NCBI GenBank assembly: GCA_045646925.1
Contig: JAZRLQ010000163.1
Span: 8,872 to 32,871 of the forward strand
DNA from: Eubacteriales bacterium
Lineage (GTDB): Bacteria; Bacillota; Clostridia; Oscillospirales; CAG-272
Length of the DNA: 24,000 bases
Direction of reading: 5' to 3'
Shown: piece after piece, positions 7,731 to 14,741 of the stretch
How the letters are laid out: each line of letters starts with the position of its first letter
How positions within the stretch are numbered: the first letter of the stretch is position 1
Notes under the pieces: generated by a model
The model's database searches: none
What the model saw: the letters and a program-made list of their open reading frames with translations, nothing else
What the model was told of the DNA's origin: nothing
Program-made: the position numbers and the translations under genes

Positions 7731-9539
7731 TTGAATAACAATTACGAAAATTTCAGAGCCAAAGTGTTCTCCGCAATGAGAGGACTGGCAAATGATTGCC
7801 CGGAGTTTTCCGATGCGGAAATGCTGGTTGCGTCTTCTGAAGTCGATGCAACTTTAAAAAGAAGCACCGTACACAAAAATATTGATACCGAATGGGTCAG
7901 CAGAATCGAAGAAACGATCCCGTATCTCGATCTGATTGTTCGTAACCCCACGATCATGATCGAGGACATCGAAGAGATTCTTCCCGTCGAGCTTTCCCGC
8001 AGCGTTACGGAAAAGACTGTCAAGCATTTGGCTCAACATACCAATATGATCCTTACCATCACGGAGAAGGACGAGGTTATTCCTCAGAAGCTGCTCAACG
8101 TATATCATGAAGAGACGCTTCTTACATATGAAAACAAGTTCATCAATACGCTCCTCGCGCGCCTCACGGCGTTCGTTGATAAGCGTTATAAGCTGCTGCG
8201 CGGCGGACACGGAACTGAAAGAAATTATCAGTTCCGTTACTCCACGGAGTTCGATCACTTCGCTGACGAATATTCCGGGCGCAACACGGCGCAGATCAAG
8301 CTTTCCATCGACCTGACCTCCCCCGTGACAGAGGGACTCACCGAAGCGGAGCTTGAAGCAAACGAGAGATATATTTCGACGATGGAGCGCATTGAAAAGA
8401 TCAGTAATACGCTCACTTCCTATATGTCTTCTCCTTACATCAAGGCGCTGGGCAGAAACTATATCCGCCCGCCCGTGATCAGAACCAACGCGATTCTCAA
8501 GAATAAGAACATGAAGGTGTGTCTGAATCTTTGGGAATACATTGAGGGCTTTGACAAAGCCGGATATTCTTTCATCAACGACGAATATACGGAAATGCCC
8601 TCCGACAACTACATCTCCGATTTCTACTCCACCGTGGCTCTCCAGTACACCGATTTCTATAACGGCGTTGCGGAAAACGCGGAGGCAAACAGAATGCTCG
8701 CGAAGCGCCACATTTCCAATGTGGAACCCGATTTCTCTGCGGATTTCGACGTAGAGGAAATCAACGATTACGAGGTCTTCGACTCGGAATACAAGAAGAT
8801 GGTTCCGGTTTCCCGTTTGGCAAATGATGGTTCTCAACTTTCTGAGGACGAGTGCCGTGTAGGTGTTGCTGTTCTTGTTGCTTTAAAGGCTGATGAAATT
8901 CTTTTTGCGCCTATTCTTGCACAAGAAGCTGAAGAAAGAAGAATCGCAAGAGAAAAACGACTCGCTGAAGAAGAAGCAAAGAGACGTGCCGAAGAAGAAG
9001 CAAGAAGACGCGCCGAGGAAGAAGCAATTCGTCTTGCGGAAGAAGAAGCGAGACGTGCTGAAGAAGAACGACTCAGAAAGATTGCCGAGGAAGAAGCGAG
9101 AAGACGCGCCGAGGAAGAAGCAAGAATTCGCGCTGAAGAAGAAGCAAGAAGACTTGCAATTGAAAGAGAAGAGGAAGCAAGAAGACTTGCTGCCGAAAAA
9201 GAAGAAGCGAGACGTCTTGCGGAAGAAGCTGAAAAATATGGCTTTATCTTCCCTGATTCCAAGGATACATATAATGGAAAATCTATCGTTCTTCCGTATA
9301 CGAGAGAGCAGTATCTTGCTTTCCCGAGAAAGAAGAAAAAGAGCGTCCTCATGGATGTTAAGAAAATCAATTCTTATCATGAAAATTTGGAAGCGCTTGA
9401 ACTCCTTAAATCCAAAAATACTAATAATCCCAATGTGAAAGAACGTATCAGACTTCTTGAAAATCAGTTGAATGAAGAGTACAAGACTCTTCCGAAGGGT
9501 CAGCTTTGGGATTCTTGTATCCGTAAAGTGAAAAAATGA
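7731..9539 (+). CDS. Soluble 602-aa partner of the McrB-like ATPase (McrC position); N-terminal globular region, ~105-aa E/R/A helix, small basic C-terminal domain
   Basis: TTG start lies 8 nt after GGGAGG (7717-7722). No TM helix or signal peptide. TYENKFINTLLARL and NMKVCLNLWEYIEGF loosely recall the ENR...LFE.FV helical motifs of McrC-family proteins (from memory, unverified). I cannot find a convincing PD-(D/E)xK core. Residues ~398-502 are EEEARRRA-type repeats. The stop overlaps the next gene's start (ATGA at 9536-9539). Confidence 0.7.
   Translation: MNNNYENFRAKVFSAMRGLANDCPEFSDAEMLVASSEVDATLKRSTVHKNIDTEWVSRIEETIPYLDLIVRNPTIMIEDIEEILPVELSRSVTEKTVKHLAQHTNMILTITEKDEVIPQKLLNVYHEETLLTYENKFINTLLARLTAFVDKRYKLLRGGHGTERNYQFRYSTEFDHFADEYSGRNTAQIKLSIDLTSPVTEGLTEAELEANERYISTMERIEKISNTLTSYMSSPYIKALGRNYIRPPVIRTNAILKNKNMKVCLNLWEYIEGFDKAGYSFINDEYTEMPSDNYISDFYSTVALQYTDFYNGVAENAEANRMLAKRHISNVEPDFSADFDVEEINDYEVFDSEYKKMVPVSRLANDGSQLSEDECRVGVAVLVALKADEILFAPILAQEAEERRIAREKRLAEEEAKRRAEEEARRRAEEEAIRLAEEEARRAEEERLRKIAEEEARRRAEEEARIRAEEEARRLAIEREEEARRLAAEKEEARRLAEEAEKYGFIFPDSKDTYNGKSIVLPYTREQYLAFPRKKKKSVLMDVKKINSYHENLEALELLKSKNTNNPNVKERIRLLENQLNEEYKTLPKGQLWDSCIRKVKK
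8922..9236 (+). repeat. In-frame imperfect tandem repeat (about 24-nt / 8-aa period) encoding an E/R/A-rich helix
   Basis: The translation is QEAEERRIAREKRLAEEEAKRRAEEEARRRAEEEAIRLAEEEARRAEEERLRKIAEEEARRRAEEEARIRAEEEARRLAIEREEEARRLAAEKEEARRLAEEAEK. The 40-mers at 8988-9027 and 9084-9123 differ at 2 of 40 positions by my alignment, with an offset of 96 nt (4 x 24). Confidence 0.85.
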
Positions 9540-10126
9540 TTCAATTAAAAAAAATATCGGGTGTTCTCAAAATTGCGGCGACAATTTTTTGGTGGATCGC
9601 TACGGTTGCCATTGTCGTTTTGATCTGTATAATCATGGGTGCGAAGATAAAAGGTAAGGTTCCTTATCTCTTCGGTTACTCTGTGATGAATATTATCAGC
9701 GGCAGCATGGAGGATAGAATTCCTGCGGGAACCTATATTCTGATCAAAAAAACCGACGCGGCCGATATACAAAAGGGTGATATTATCTGTTTTTATTCAG
9801 ATGACCCTCGTATCCAAGGATATCCGAATACACATACTGTGATTGAAGATCCGATTCACGGTGAGAACGGAATCGAATTCATCACAAAGGGCGATGCGAA
9901 CCTCGTAAAAGATGATTATACCGCCAAGGGTGATAAATTGATAGGGAAATATGTGAAAAACCTCGACGGTTTGACGCGCTTTTCCCAATCACTCCAAGGT
10001 AACGCCATATTCTTCTGTTATATGATTTTAATGGGAATGTGTGTGATTTTTATGGTGGTTCCTGTATTCATAAAGGTTTTATCAAAAGATTCGGACGATG
10101 AAAATGCAAAGGATCAGCAGACTTGA
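9536..10126 (+). CDS. sipW: Signal peptidase I, SipW/archaeal-ER type (S26B), paralogue 2
   Basis: The ATG overlaps the upstream stop (ATGA). N-terminal TM helix, SGSMEDRIP (catalytic Ser), PNTHTVIE (His), TKGDANLVKDD, and a C-terminal TM helix (IFFCYMILMGMCVIFMVVPVFI). Confidence 0.85.
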   Translation: MIQLKKISGVLKIAATIFWWIATVAIVVLICIIMGAKIKGKVPYLFGYSVMNIISGSMEDRIPAGTYILIKKTDAADIQKGDIICFYSDDPRIQGYPNTHTVIEDPIHGENGIEFITKGDANLVKDDYTAKGDKLIGKYVKNLDGLTRFSQSLQGNAIFFCYMILMGMCVIFMVVPVFIKVLSKDSDDENAKDQQT

Positions 10127-10167
10127 TCCATTGGAGAGATGACTAAATGAAAGGATGAAAAATAGAT

Positions 10168-12444
10168 ATGGCCGATAAAACCAAAATAAAAAAACTGATG
10201 AAACATGCTGGAAAGATTTCCATCATTATAGCAGTGCTTTTTCTTACCTTTTATTTGATTACGATTATTACGAAATCGTCGGAATTTTATGCTGAATCCA
10301 CTGTGAAGAATGCTAAAATTTCTTTTGATAAGGATATGAACAATGTTTCCGCGTTGGTAGAGGAGCATTATGAAAATCTCTATGAGGTTGTCGATCATGT
10401 GAGTTATGCGAAAACAACGGAAGAAGTTATTGCAATCATGACTTCGTACATTGGCAGTGAACAGTTTGGTGATCTTCGTTATTATTCAAAAGGCGTGGCT
10501 TATGCTGCTACCGGTGCAATCATAGGCGATGATGTGAGCGGTCATGAGATGATCAAAGAACTTGCTCAAGGCAATAAGGCTGGTTGTACAGACGTATATC
10601 GAGATGGAAACGTGAAAATGGATTGCATTGCGTTCTTTATTCCCGTTCGCGGTTCTGAAGTTATCGATGGAATTGTCTCCGTTGTGCCGGCACGTAATAT
10701 TATTCAAGTTAGCGATATTATGCAGGATGAAACCTCTATGGTTGCTATTGTAGGGGCAAAGGGAAATATCTATGCGCGTAAGTTCGCAGAGAATTTTACG
10801 ACTGACGTAGGTGAAAACGTATATGATTTCCTTGAAGATTTTACCGCTAGTAAGACGATGGCGGATAATGTCAGAGGCGTGCTTAACGCCAAAGAGCTTT
10901 CTACGACAGAGATTCAGTCTGCGGGTGTTGATTATACAATTGTTGCGGAGCCGATCGAATCTTTTGACGGTTATCTGCATTTGATTACTATTAGCAAAAG
11001 CAATGATTTGATTATGACGGAGATTAGCTATATCCGTCACATAGTCAGTATTTTGTTGCTTGCGATCATCGGCTTCATTGTCGGTCTCGTGTTCGTATTC
11101 CTTTTCCAGAAAAAAGCAAAGGATGCGGTGATGACCGCAAACCTCAAGGATGCAGAGCTTGAATGTGCCAATATTGAGGGCTTCAGAAGAGCAGCTCTCA
11201 ATCTTTCTCACGGAAGCGATAAGCGTTACGCAGTCTGCGTATCCTCCATCCGCCAGTTCCATTTTGTCAAGGATAAATTCGGCGCGGATGCTTCCGATAA
11301 GCTTTTGAAATTTATTGCTCAGGTCTACAAGACCTTCTGTAACAAAAATGAAACCTTCGGTTATGCAGGTGACGGCAAGTTCCTGCTCTTTGCGGAATAC
11401 GCTTCCGAATCTGCATTCCGTGATAAACTGATGGTTCTTGAAAATATCGTTAATCAGCACGAGCTTCTCATGCAAAATCGCGTGAAGATCCGCTTCGCAA
11501 CGGGTATTTGTCTCGGCTTCGGACAGAAGAAACGTACGATCTCCGAAATGATCGACTGCGCTACCATCGTGTGCGAGGACGCGAAGAACGACGTTGCAAC
11601 GCCTTACGTGATCTACGTTGAAAACGTACGCGAAAAGATCAACCGCAGCGAACAGATCGAAGCGCAGATGGAGCACGCGTTGGATAACAACGAATTCAGA
11701 CTTTTCCTCCAGCCGAAATATAACGTTGCAACCGACTCGATTGACAGCGCGGAAGCGCTCGTCCGTTGGTTCGATCACCGCAAGGGCGATTATATTTACC
11801 CCGTAGAATTTATCGGTCTCTTTGAGACGAACGGCTTTATCGTGAAGATGGACCATTTCATCTATCTCGAGGTATTGAAATACATCAGCGAAGCGAGAGA
11901 GAAAAACGAGAAGATCGTTCCGATCTCCGTCAACGTTTCCCGCGTTACTGCAAGTAAAGACGATTTCGTTAACTTCTACGTAGGCAACAAGAGAAAGTAT
12001 ATGATCGACGACGATCTGATCAAGCTTGAATTTACCGAGACCTTCGCGGTTGAGGACTACACGAAGCTCGCAGAGATCGTAAAACAGCTTCAAGAGGGCG
12101 GTATCCGTTGCTCTATCGACGACTTCGGTGTCGGCTATTCTTCCTTCCGCGTTCTGAAGGAGCTTACGATGGACGAATTGAAGCTTGACCGCGTATTCCT
12201 TTCTAAAGGCGTCGACGTTCAGCGTGACGAAAAGATCATTTCCACCATCGTTTCCTTGGCGAATGAAATGGGAATGACCGTCGTTCAGGAGGGTGTCGAA
12301 ACCAAGGAAATGTTTGACCGCGTTTCCCGTTTGGGTATCAACGTCATTCAGGGTTATTACTACGCGAAGGCGATTCCTCTGGAAGAGTTCAAGATCTTCA
12401 TCAAGAGTAATACGTCCATCCGTTATAAATCCATCGTTAAATAA
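10168..12444 (+). CDS. Membrane sensor protein: extracytoplasmic Cache-like domain between two TM helices, degenerate GGDEF, intact EAL (predicted c-di-GMP phosphodiesterase)
   Basis: TM1 is ISIIIAVLFLTFYLITIIT. An extracytoplasmic region of about 270 aa precedes TM2 (VSILLLAIIGFIVGLVFVFLF). The GGDEF position reads YAGDGKF, so the motif is degenerate. EAL hallmarks are all present: EFRLFLQPKY, AEALVRW, FETNG, SVNVS, LEFTET, IDDFGVGYSS, KLDRVF, VQEGVET, IQGYYYAKA. Confidence 0.9.
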   Translation: MADKTKIKKLMKHAGKISIIIAVLFLTFYLITIITKSSEFYAESTVKNAKISFDKDMNNVSALVEEHYENLYEVVDHVSYAKTTEEVIAIMTSYIGSEQFGDLRYYSKGVAYAATGAIIGDDVSGHEMIKELAQGNKAGCTDVYRDGNVKMDCIAFFIPVRGSEVIDGIVSVVPARNIIQVSDIMQDETSMVAIVGAKGNIYARKFAENFTTDVGENVYDFLEDFTASKTMADNVRGVLNAKELSTTEIQSAGVDYTIVAEPIESFDGYLHLITISKSNDLIMTEISYIRHIVSILLLAIIGFIVGLVFVFLFQKKAKDAVMTANLKDAELECANIEGFRRAALNLSHGSDKRYAVCVSSIRQFHFVKDKFGADASDKLLKFIAQVYKTFCNKNETFGYAGDGKFLLFAEYASESAFRDKLMVLENIVNQHELLMQNRVKIRFATGICLGFGQKKRTISEMIDCATIVCEDAKNDVATPYVIYVENVREKINRSEQIEAQMEHALDNNEFRLFLQPKYNVATDSIDSAEALVRWFDHRKGDYIYPVEFIGLFETNGFIVKMDHFIYLEVLKYISEAREKNEKIVPISVNVSRVTASKDDFVNFYVGNKRKYMIDDDLIKLEFTETFAVEDYTKLAEIVKQLQEGGIRCSIDDFGVGYSSFRVLKELTMDELKLDRVFLSKGVDVQRDEKIISTIVSLANEMGMTVVQEGVETKEMFDRVSRLGINVIQGYYYAKAIPLEEFKIFIKSNTSIRYKSIVK

Positions 12445-12455
12445 GATTTTTAAAA

Positions 12456-12490
12456 GGACAGAGAAATTTCGCATTTCTCTGTCCTTTTTT
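12456..12490 (+). terminator. Rho-independent terminator ending the sipW to EAL operon
   Basis: GGACAGAGAAAT (12456-12467), loop TTCGC, ATTTCTCTGTCC (12473-12484), then TTTTTT (12485-12490). It starts 12 nt after the stop codon. Confidence 0.85.
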
Positions 12491-12591
12491 GCATCGTTAT
12501 TTTTAACAAATGGAACCTTTGATTTTTGGTGAAATAAGTGGGCAAATGTGGCATTTTTTTCACTTGAGTGATTTTTTCAGAGGATTGGATA

Positions 12592-12620
12592 TTGACAACA
12601 GACTATAAAAATGCTATAAT
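12592..12620 (+). promoter_or_regulatory. Consensus sigma-A promoter with extended -10
   Basis: TTGACA (12592-12597), 17-nt spacer, TGcTATAAT (12612-12620). It lies 37 nt upstream of the ATG at 12657. Confidence 0.7.
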
Positions 12621-12656
12621 AGGTTCAACAGTTAATCTTGATGGGGAAGAACATCC

Positions 12657-13226
12657 ATGTTGATTTTTATTTTGATTCCCTTGCTTATCGCTTATTTCAA
12701 GGGCTATCGCGTGTTGTCACTGTTCCGCGTTTTTGATATGTATCCGTTTTTCGCGGTATGTCTCGTTCACGGATTTTTCGTGATGAATGCGTGGTTTGGT
12801 AATTACAGCTTCGTGAAATATGCATCCATTTTGCAATATTTCATGATCGTTTCCTTGCTCCTTCCCGTTGTGCGCCGTCGATTTTTCGCTCCGACGCTGA
12901 TTGGCGTCGGTTTGACTATGCTCGGAACCGTGATGAATAAGATCGTCATCCATGCCAACGACGGAAAGATGCCTGTGTATCCCACTGTTTCCAAGTGGAT
13001 CGGGTATTACAAGGACGGACAGCTGGACGGCACGATCGACGAGCTGCATATCTTGATGGATGGTTCCTCGATGCTTCCTTTTTTGGCGGATTATTTTGAT
13101 TTTGGCTTATGCATTCTGAGTCCGGGCGACCTTCTCATTCATGCGTTTGCATCCATCATCATCTTTTATACCGTAAAATCCGTATGTCCGAAAGACAAGC
13201 GCGGGAAAGAAGCCGAGTTGATGTAA
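12657..13226 (+). CDS. Small polytopic membrane protein, DUF5317-like
   Basis: Four to five hydrophobic helices. NKIVIHANDGKMPVY and ILSPGDLLIHAF match my recollection of the conserved aNgG.MPV and S.GD.li motifs of DUF5317. This family assignment is from memory and unverified. Confidence 0.6.
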   Translation: MLIFILIPLLIAYFKGYRVLSLFRVFDMYPFFAVCLVHGFFVMNAWFGNYSFVKYASILQYFMIVSLLLPVVRRRFFAPTLIGVGLTMLGTVMNKIVIHANDGKMPVYPTVSKWIGYYKDGQLDGTIDELHILMDGSSMLPFLADYFDFGLCILSPGDLLIHAFASIIIFYTVKSVCPKDKRGKEAELM

Positions 13227-13245
13227 GGAAAGGCGGTTTTATTTC

Positions 13246-13785
13246 ATGTTGGAATACGTATATCTCTTTATAACCGATATTTTGCTTGGTTATTTTCCAC
13301 AGGCGGCGGGATGCGCGATCTGCTTGTTCGCAATCACGAATCAGGACATTCGTTCCCGTAAATTCATATATACTTCGTGTATCTATTCTCTGATCGCAAT
13401 GGTGATCCGATTTGCTTATAATCTTTCGCTCATTGATTTTGGATTCCATACCATCGTCATCTGGATGATATTCATCGTCGTTGCGATCGGATATTGCAGA
13501 TTTTCCGTCATGCAGTCCACACTCAGTATCTTGCTCTCGGGTATTATTATCGCTATTGCTGAGATCTTGACCGGACTCATTTTCGTTCTCGTGATCGGAA
13601 ACGACGCGTTCAATGAGATCATGAATAATACGAAGACGGTCGAAGGAAAGCTCATGAAATCGATCTGCGGTATCCCCGCAAATCTCTTCTTCCTCTTCGT
13701 CGTCATTGTTCTCTACTTCTTTATGAAAAAGAAAAGACAAAAATCTGCCGAAAAGACAAATGAATCAGCAGAAGTGACCGTTTGA
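13246..13785 (+). CDS. Polytopic membrane protein (about 5-6 TM helices), family unknown
   Basis: RBS AAGGAAAGG precedes the ATG. The protein is hydrophobic throughout and ends in a basic tail (KKKRQKSAEK). It sits 31 nt upstream of agrB on the same strand. Confidence 0.7.
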   Translation: MLEYVYLFITDILLGYFPQAAGCAICLFAITNQDIRSRKFIYTSCIYSLIAMVIRFAYNLSLIDFGFHTIVIWMIFIVVAIGYCRFSVMQSTLSILLSGIIIAIAEILTGLIFVLVIGNDAFNEIMNNTKTVEGKLMKSICGIPANLFFLFVVIVLYFFMKKKRQKSAEKTNESAEVTV

Positions 13786-13816
13786 TCGCGTCCGTTATGC
13801 TGAAGAAAGAAATGTT

Positions 13817-14455
13817 ATGGAACGTTTAGCGAAAAAAATCGCAAAATCCGTTGGCGAATCGCTTGGAAAAACAGAGGAGGAGGTCGCCGTCATCGCGTAC
13901 GGTTTGATCGGTATCCTTCAATTTTCCGCGATATTTCTCGTCGCGTCAGTAATCGGAATTATTTTCGGTTTCTGGCTTGAGGTGTTGACGGTATTCTTAT
14001 CCGTCGGCTTCCTGCGCCGCTTCACCGGAGGCGCGCATTCTTCGGGTTTGTACAGTTGTCTTTTTTACAGTGTTATTTTCGTTTGTGGGATCTCCTCGCT
14101 TGCGCATTACGTCTTGTCTGCGTTGCCGTTTGCAGCGAATTGCATTTTGTGCGGACTGATCTTCTCGTTCGGCTATCTGATGGTTGCGCTCAAAGCGCCG
14201 GTCGCTCCGCCCAACAAGCCCTGCCGCTCCGAAGCAAAACGCAAAAGACTGCGCAAGGGCGCGTTCATAGCGCTTTCGGCTTTTTTGATCTTCGTCGCGT
14301 TGACCGTCATTTTCAAGGATTCGGCGCCGAGACTTTATACGATCGGTTTGGCTCTTTCATTGTCAACGCTTTGGCAAATTGCCATGATGACGAAGGTCGG
14401 ACATATATTCATTACCTTTATTGACGGTATATTTATGAAAAAAGAAAGTCAGTAA
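13817..14455 (+). CDS. agrB: AgrB-family membrane cysteine endopeptidase (autoinducing-peptide maturation)
   Basis: LRRFTGGAHSSGLYSC carries the G-G-x-H motif with a Cys exactly 7 residues after the His. This is the same spacing as catalytic H77/C84 of S. aureus AgrB. The protein is polytopic with a basic loop (KPCRSEAKRKRLRKG) and is followed by an AgrD-like ORF. Confidence 0.85.
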   Translation: MERLAKKIAKSVGESLGKTEEEVAVIAYGLIGILQFSAIFLVASVIGIIFGFWLEVLTVFLSVGFLRRFTGGAHSSGLYSCLFYSVIFVCGISSLAHYVLSALPFAANCILCGLIFSFGYLMVALKAPVAPPNKPCRSEAKRKRLRKGAFIALSAFLIFVALTVIFKDSAPRLYTIGLALSLSTLWQIAMMTKVGHIFITFIDGIFMKKESQ

Positions 14456-14532
14456 AATTTTCCCTTTTGGTATCATCTCGCCTTTGACGGCGGATAGATA
14501 TAAAAAAATTCGGGAGAAAGGAGGCTTTTGAT

Positions 14533-14658
14533 ATGAAAGCCAAAATTCTGATGTCGATTTCTGTAATCGCTACCATGTTTGCAGCATTTGCGGCTTCTTC
14601 GGCCTGCTTCTGGTGGATCTATCAGCCCGAAGAACCCGCATCCTTGCAGGACAAGTAA
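14533..14658 (+). CDS. agrD: AgrD-like autoinducing peptide precursor (41 aa; predicted thiolactone ring CFWWI)
   Basis: Not in the ORF track. RBS GGAGAAAGGAGG ends 8 nt before the ATG. My translation is MKAKILMSISVIATMFAAFAASSACFWWIYQPEEPASLQDK. It has an amphipathic N-terminal helix, a Cys plus 4 residues, then an acidic YQPEEP..L tail. C. perfringens AgrD, as I recall it, ends ...TSACLWFTHQPEEPKSLRDE with ring CLWFT. Confidence 0.85.
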   Translation: MKAKILMSISVIATMFAAFAASSACFWWIYQPEEPASLQDK

Positions 14659-14671
14659 TGCAGGGTTGCGA

Positions 14672-14705
14672 ACGAGAGCCGAGAGAGCTCGGCTCTCGTT
14701 TTTCT
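14672..14705 (+). terminator. Rho-independent terminator after agrD
   Basis: ACGAGAGCCGAG (14672-14683), loop AGAG, CTCGGCTCTCGT (14688-14699), then TTTTTCT. Confidence 0.8.
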
Positions 14706-14741
14706 ATCGAAAAATATAAAAGTAACATGAGGTGACTTCCG

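Noticed and set aside
8724-8797. PD...EYK pattern (EPDFSADFDVEEINDYEVFDSEYKK) as a possible PD-(D/E)xK nuclease site in the partner protein
   Set aside because: The segment is acidic and low-complexity and lacks the hydrophobic beta-strand context expected around PD and ExK. A pattern match alone is not evidence. Structure prediction is needed.
8922-9236. Tandem 24-nt periodic repeats considered as a CRISPR-like or noncoding satellite array
   Set aside because: The repeats are contiguous with no spacers, in frame, and inside a long ORF. They encode a coherent E/R/A helix.
10486-12474. 662-aa ORF on the minus strand
   Set aside because: It is antisense to the GGDEF-EAL gene, which carries the complete set of EAL motifs. 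It also runs through the + strand terminator. I read it as an open-antisense-frame artefact of codon bias.
14484-14504. TTGACG followed by TATAAA upstream of agrD as an internal promoter
   Set aside because: The spacer is only 9 nt, which is incompatible with a sigma-A promoter. agrD is more simply co-transcribed with agrB.
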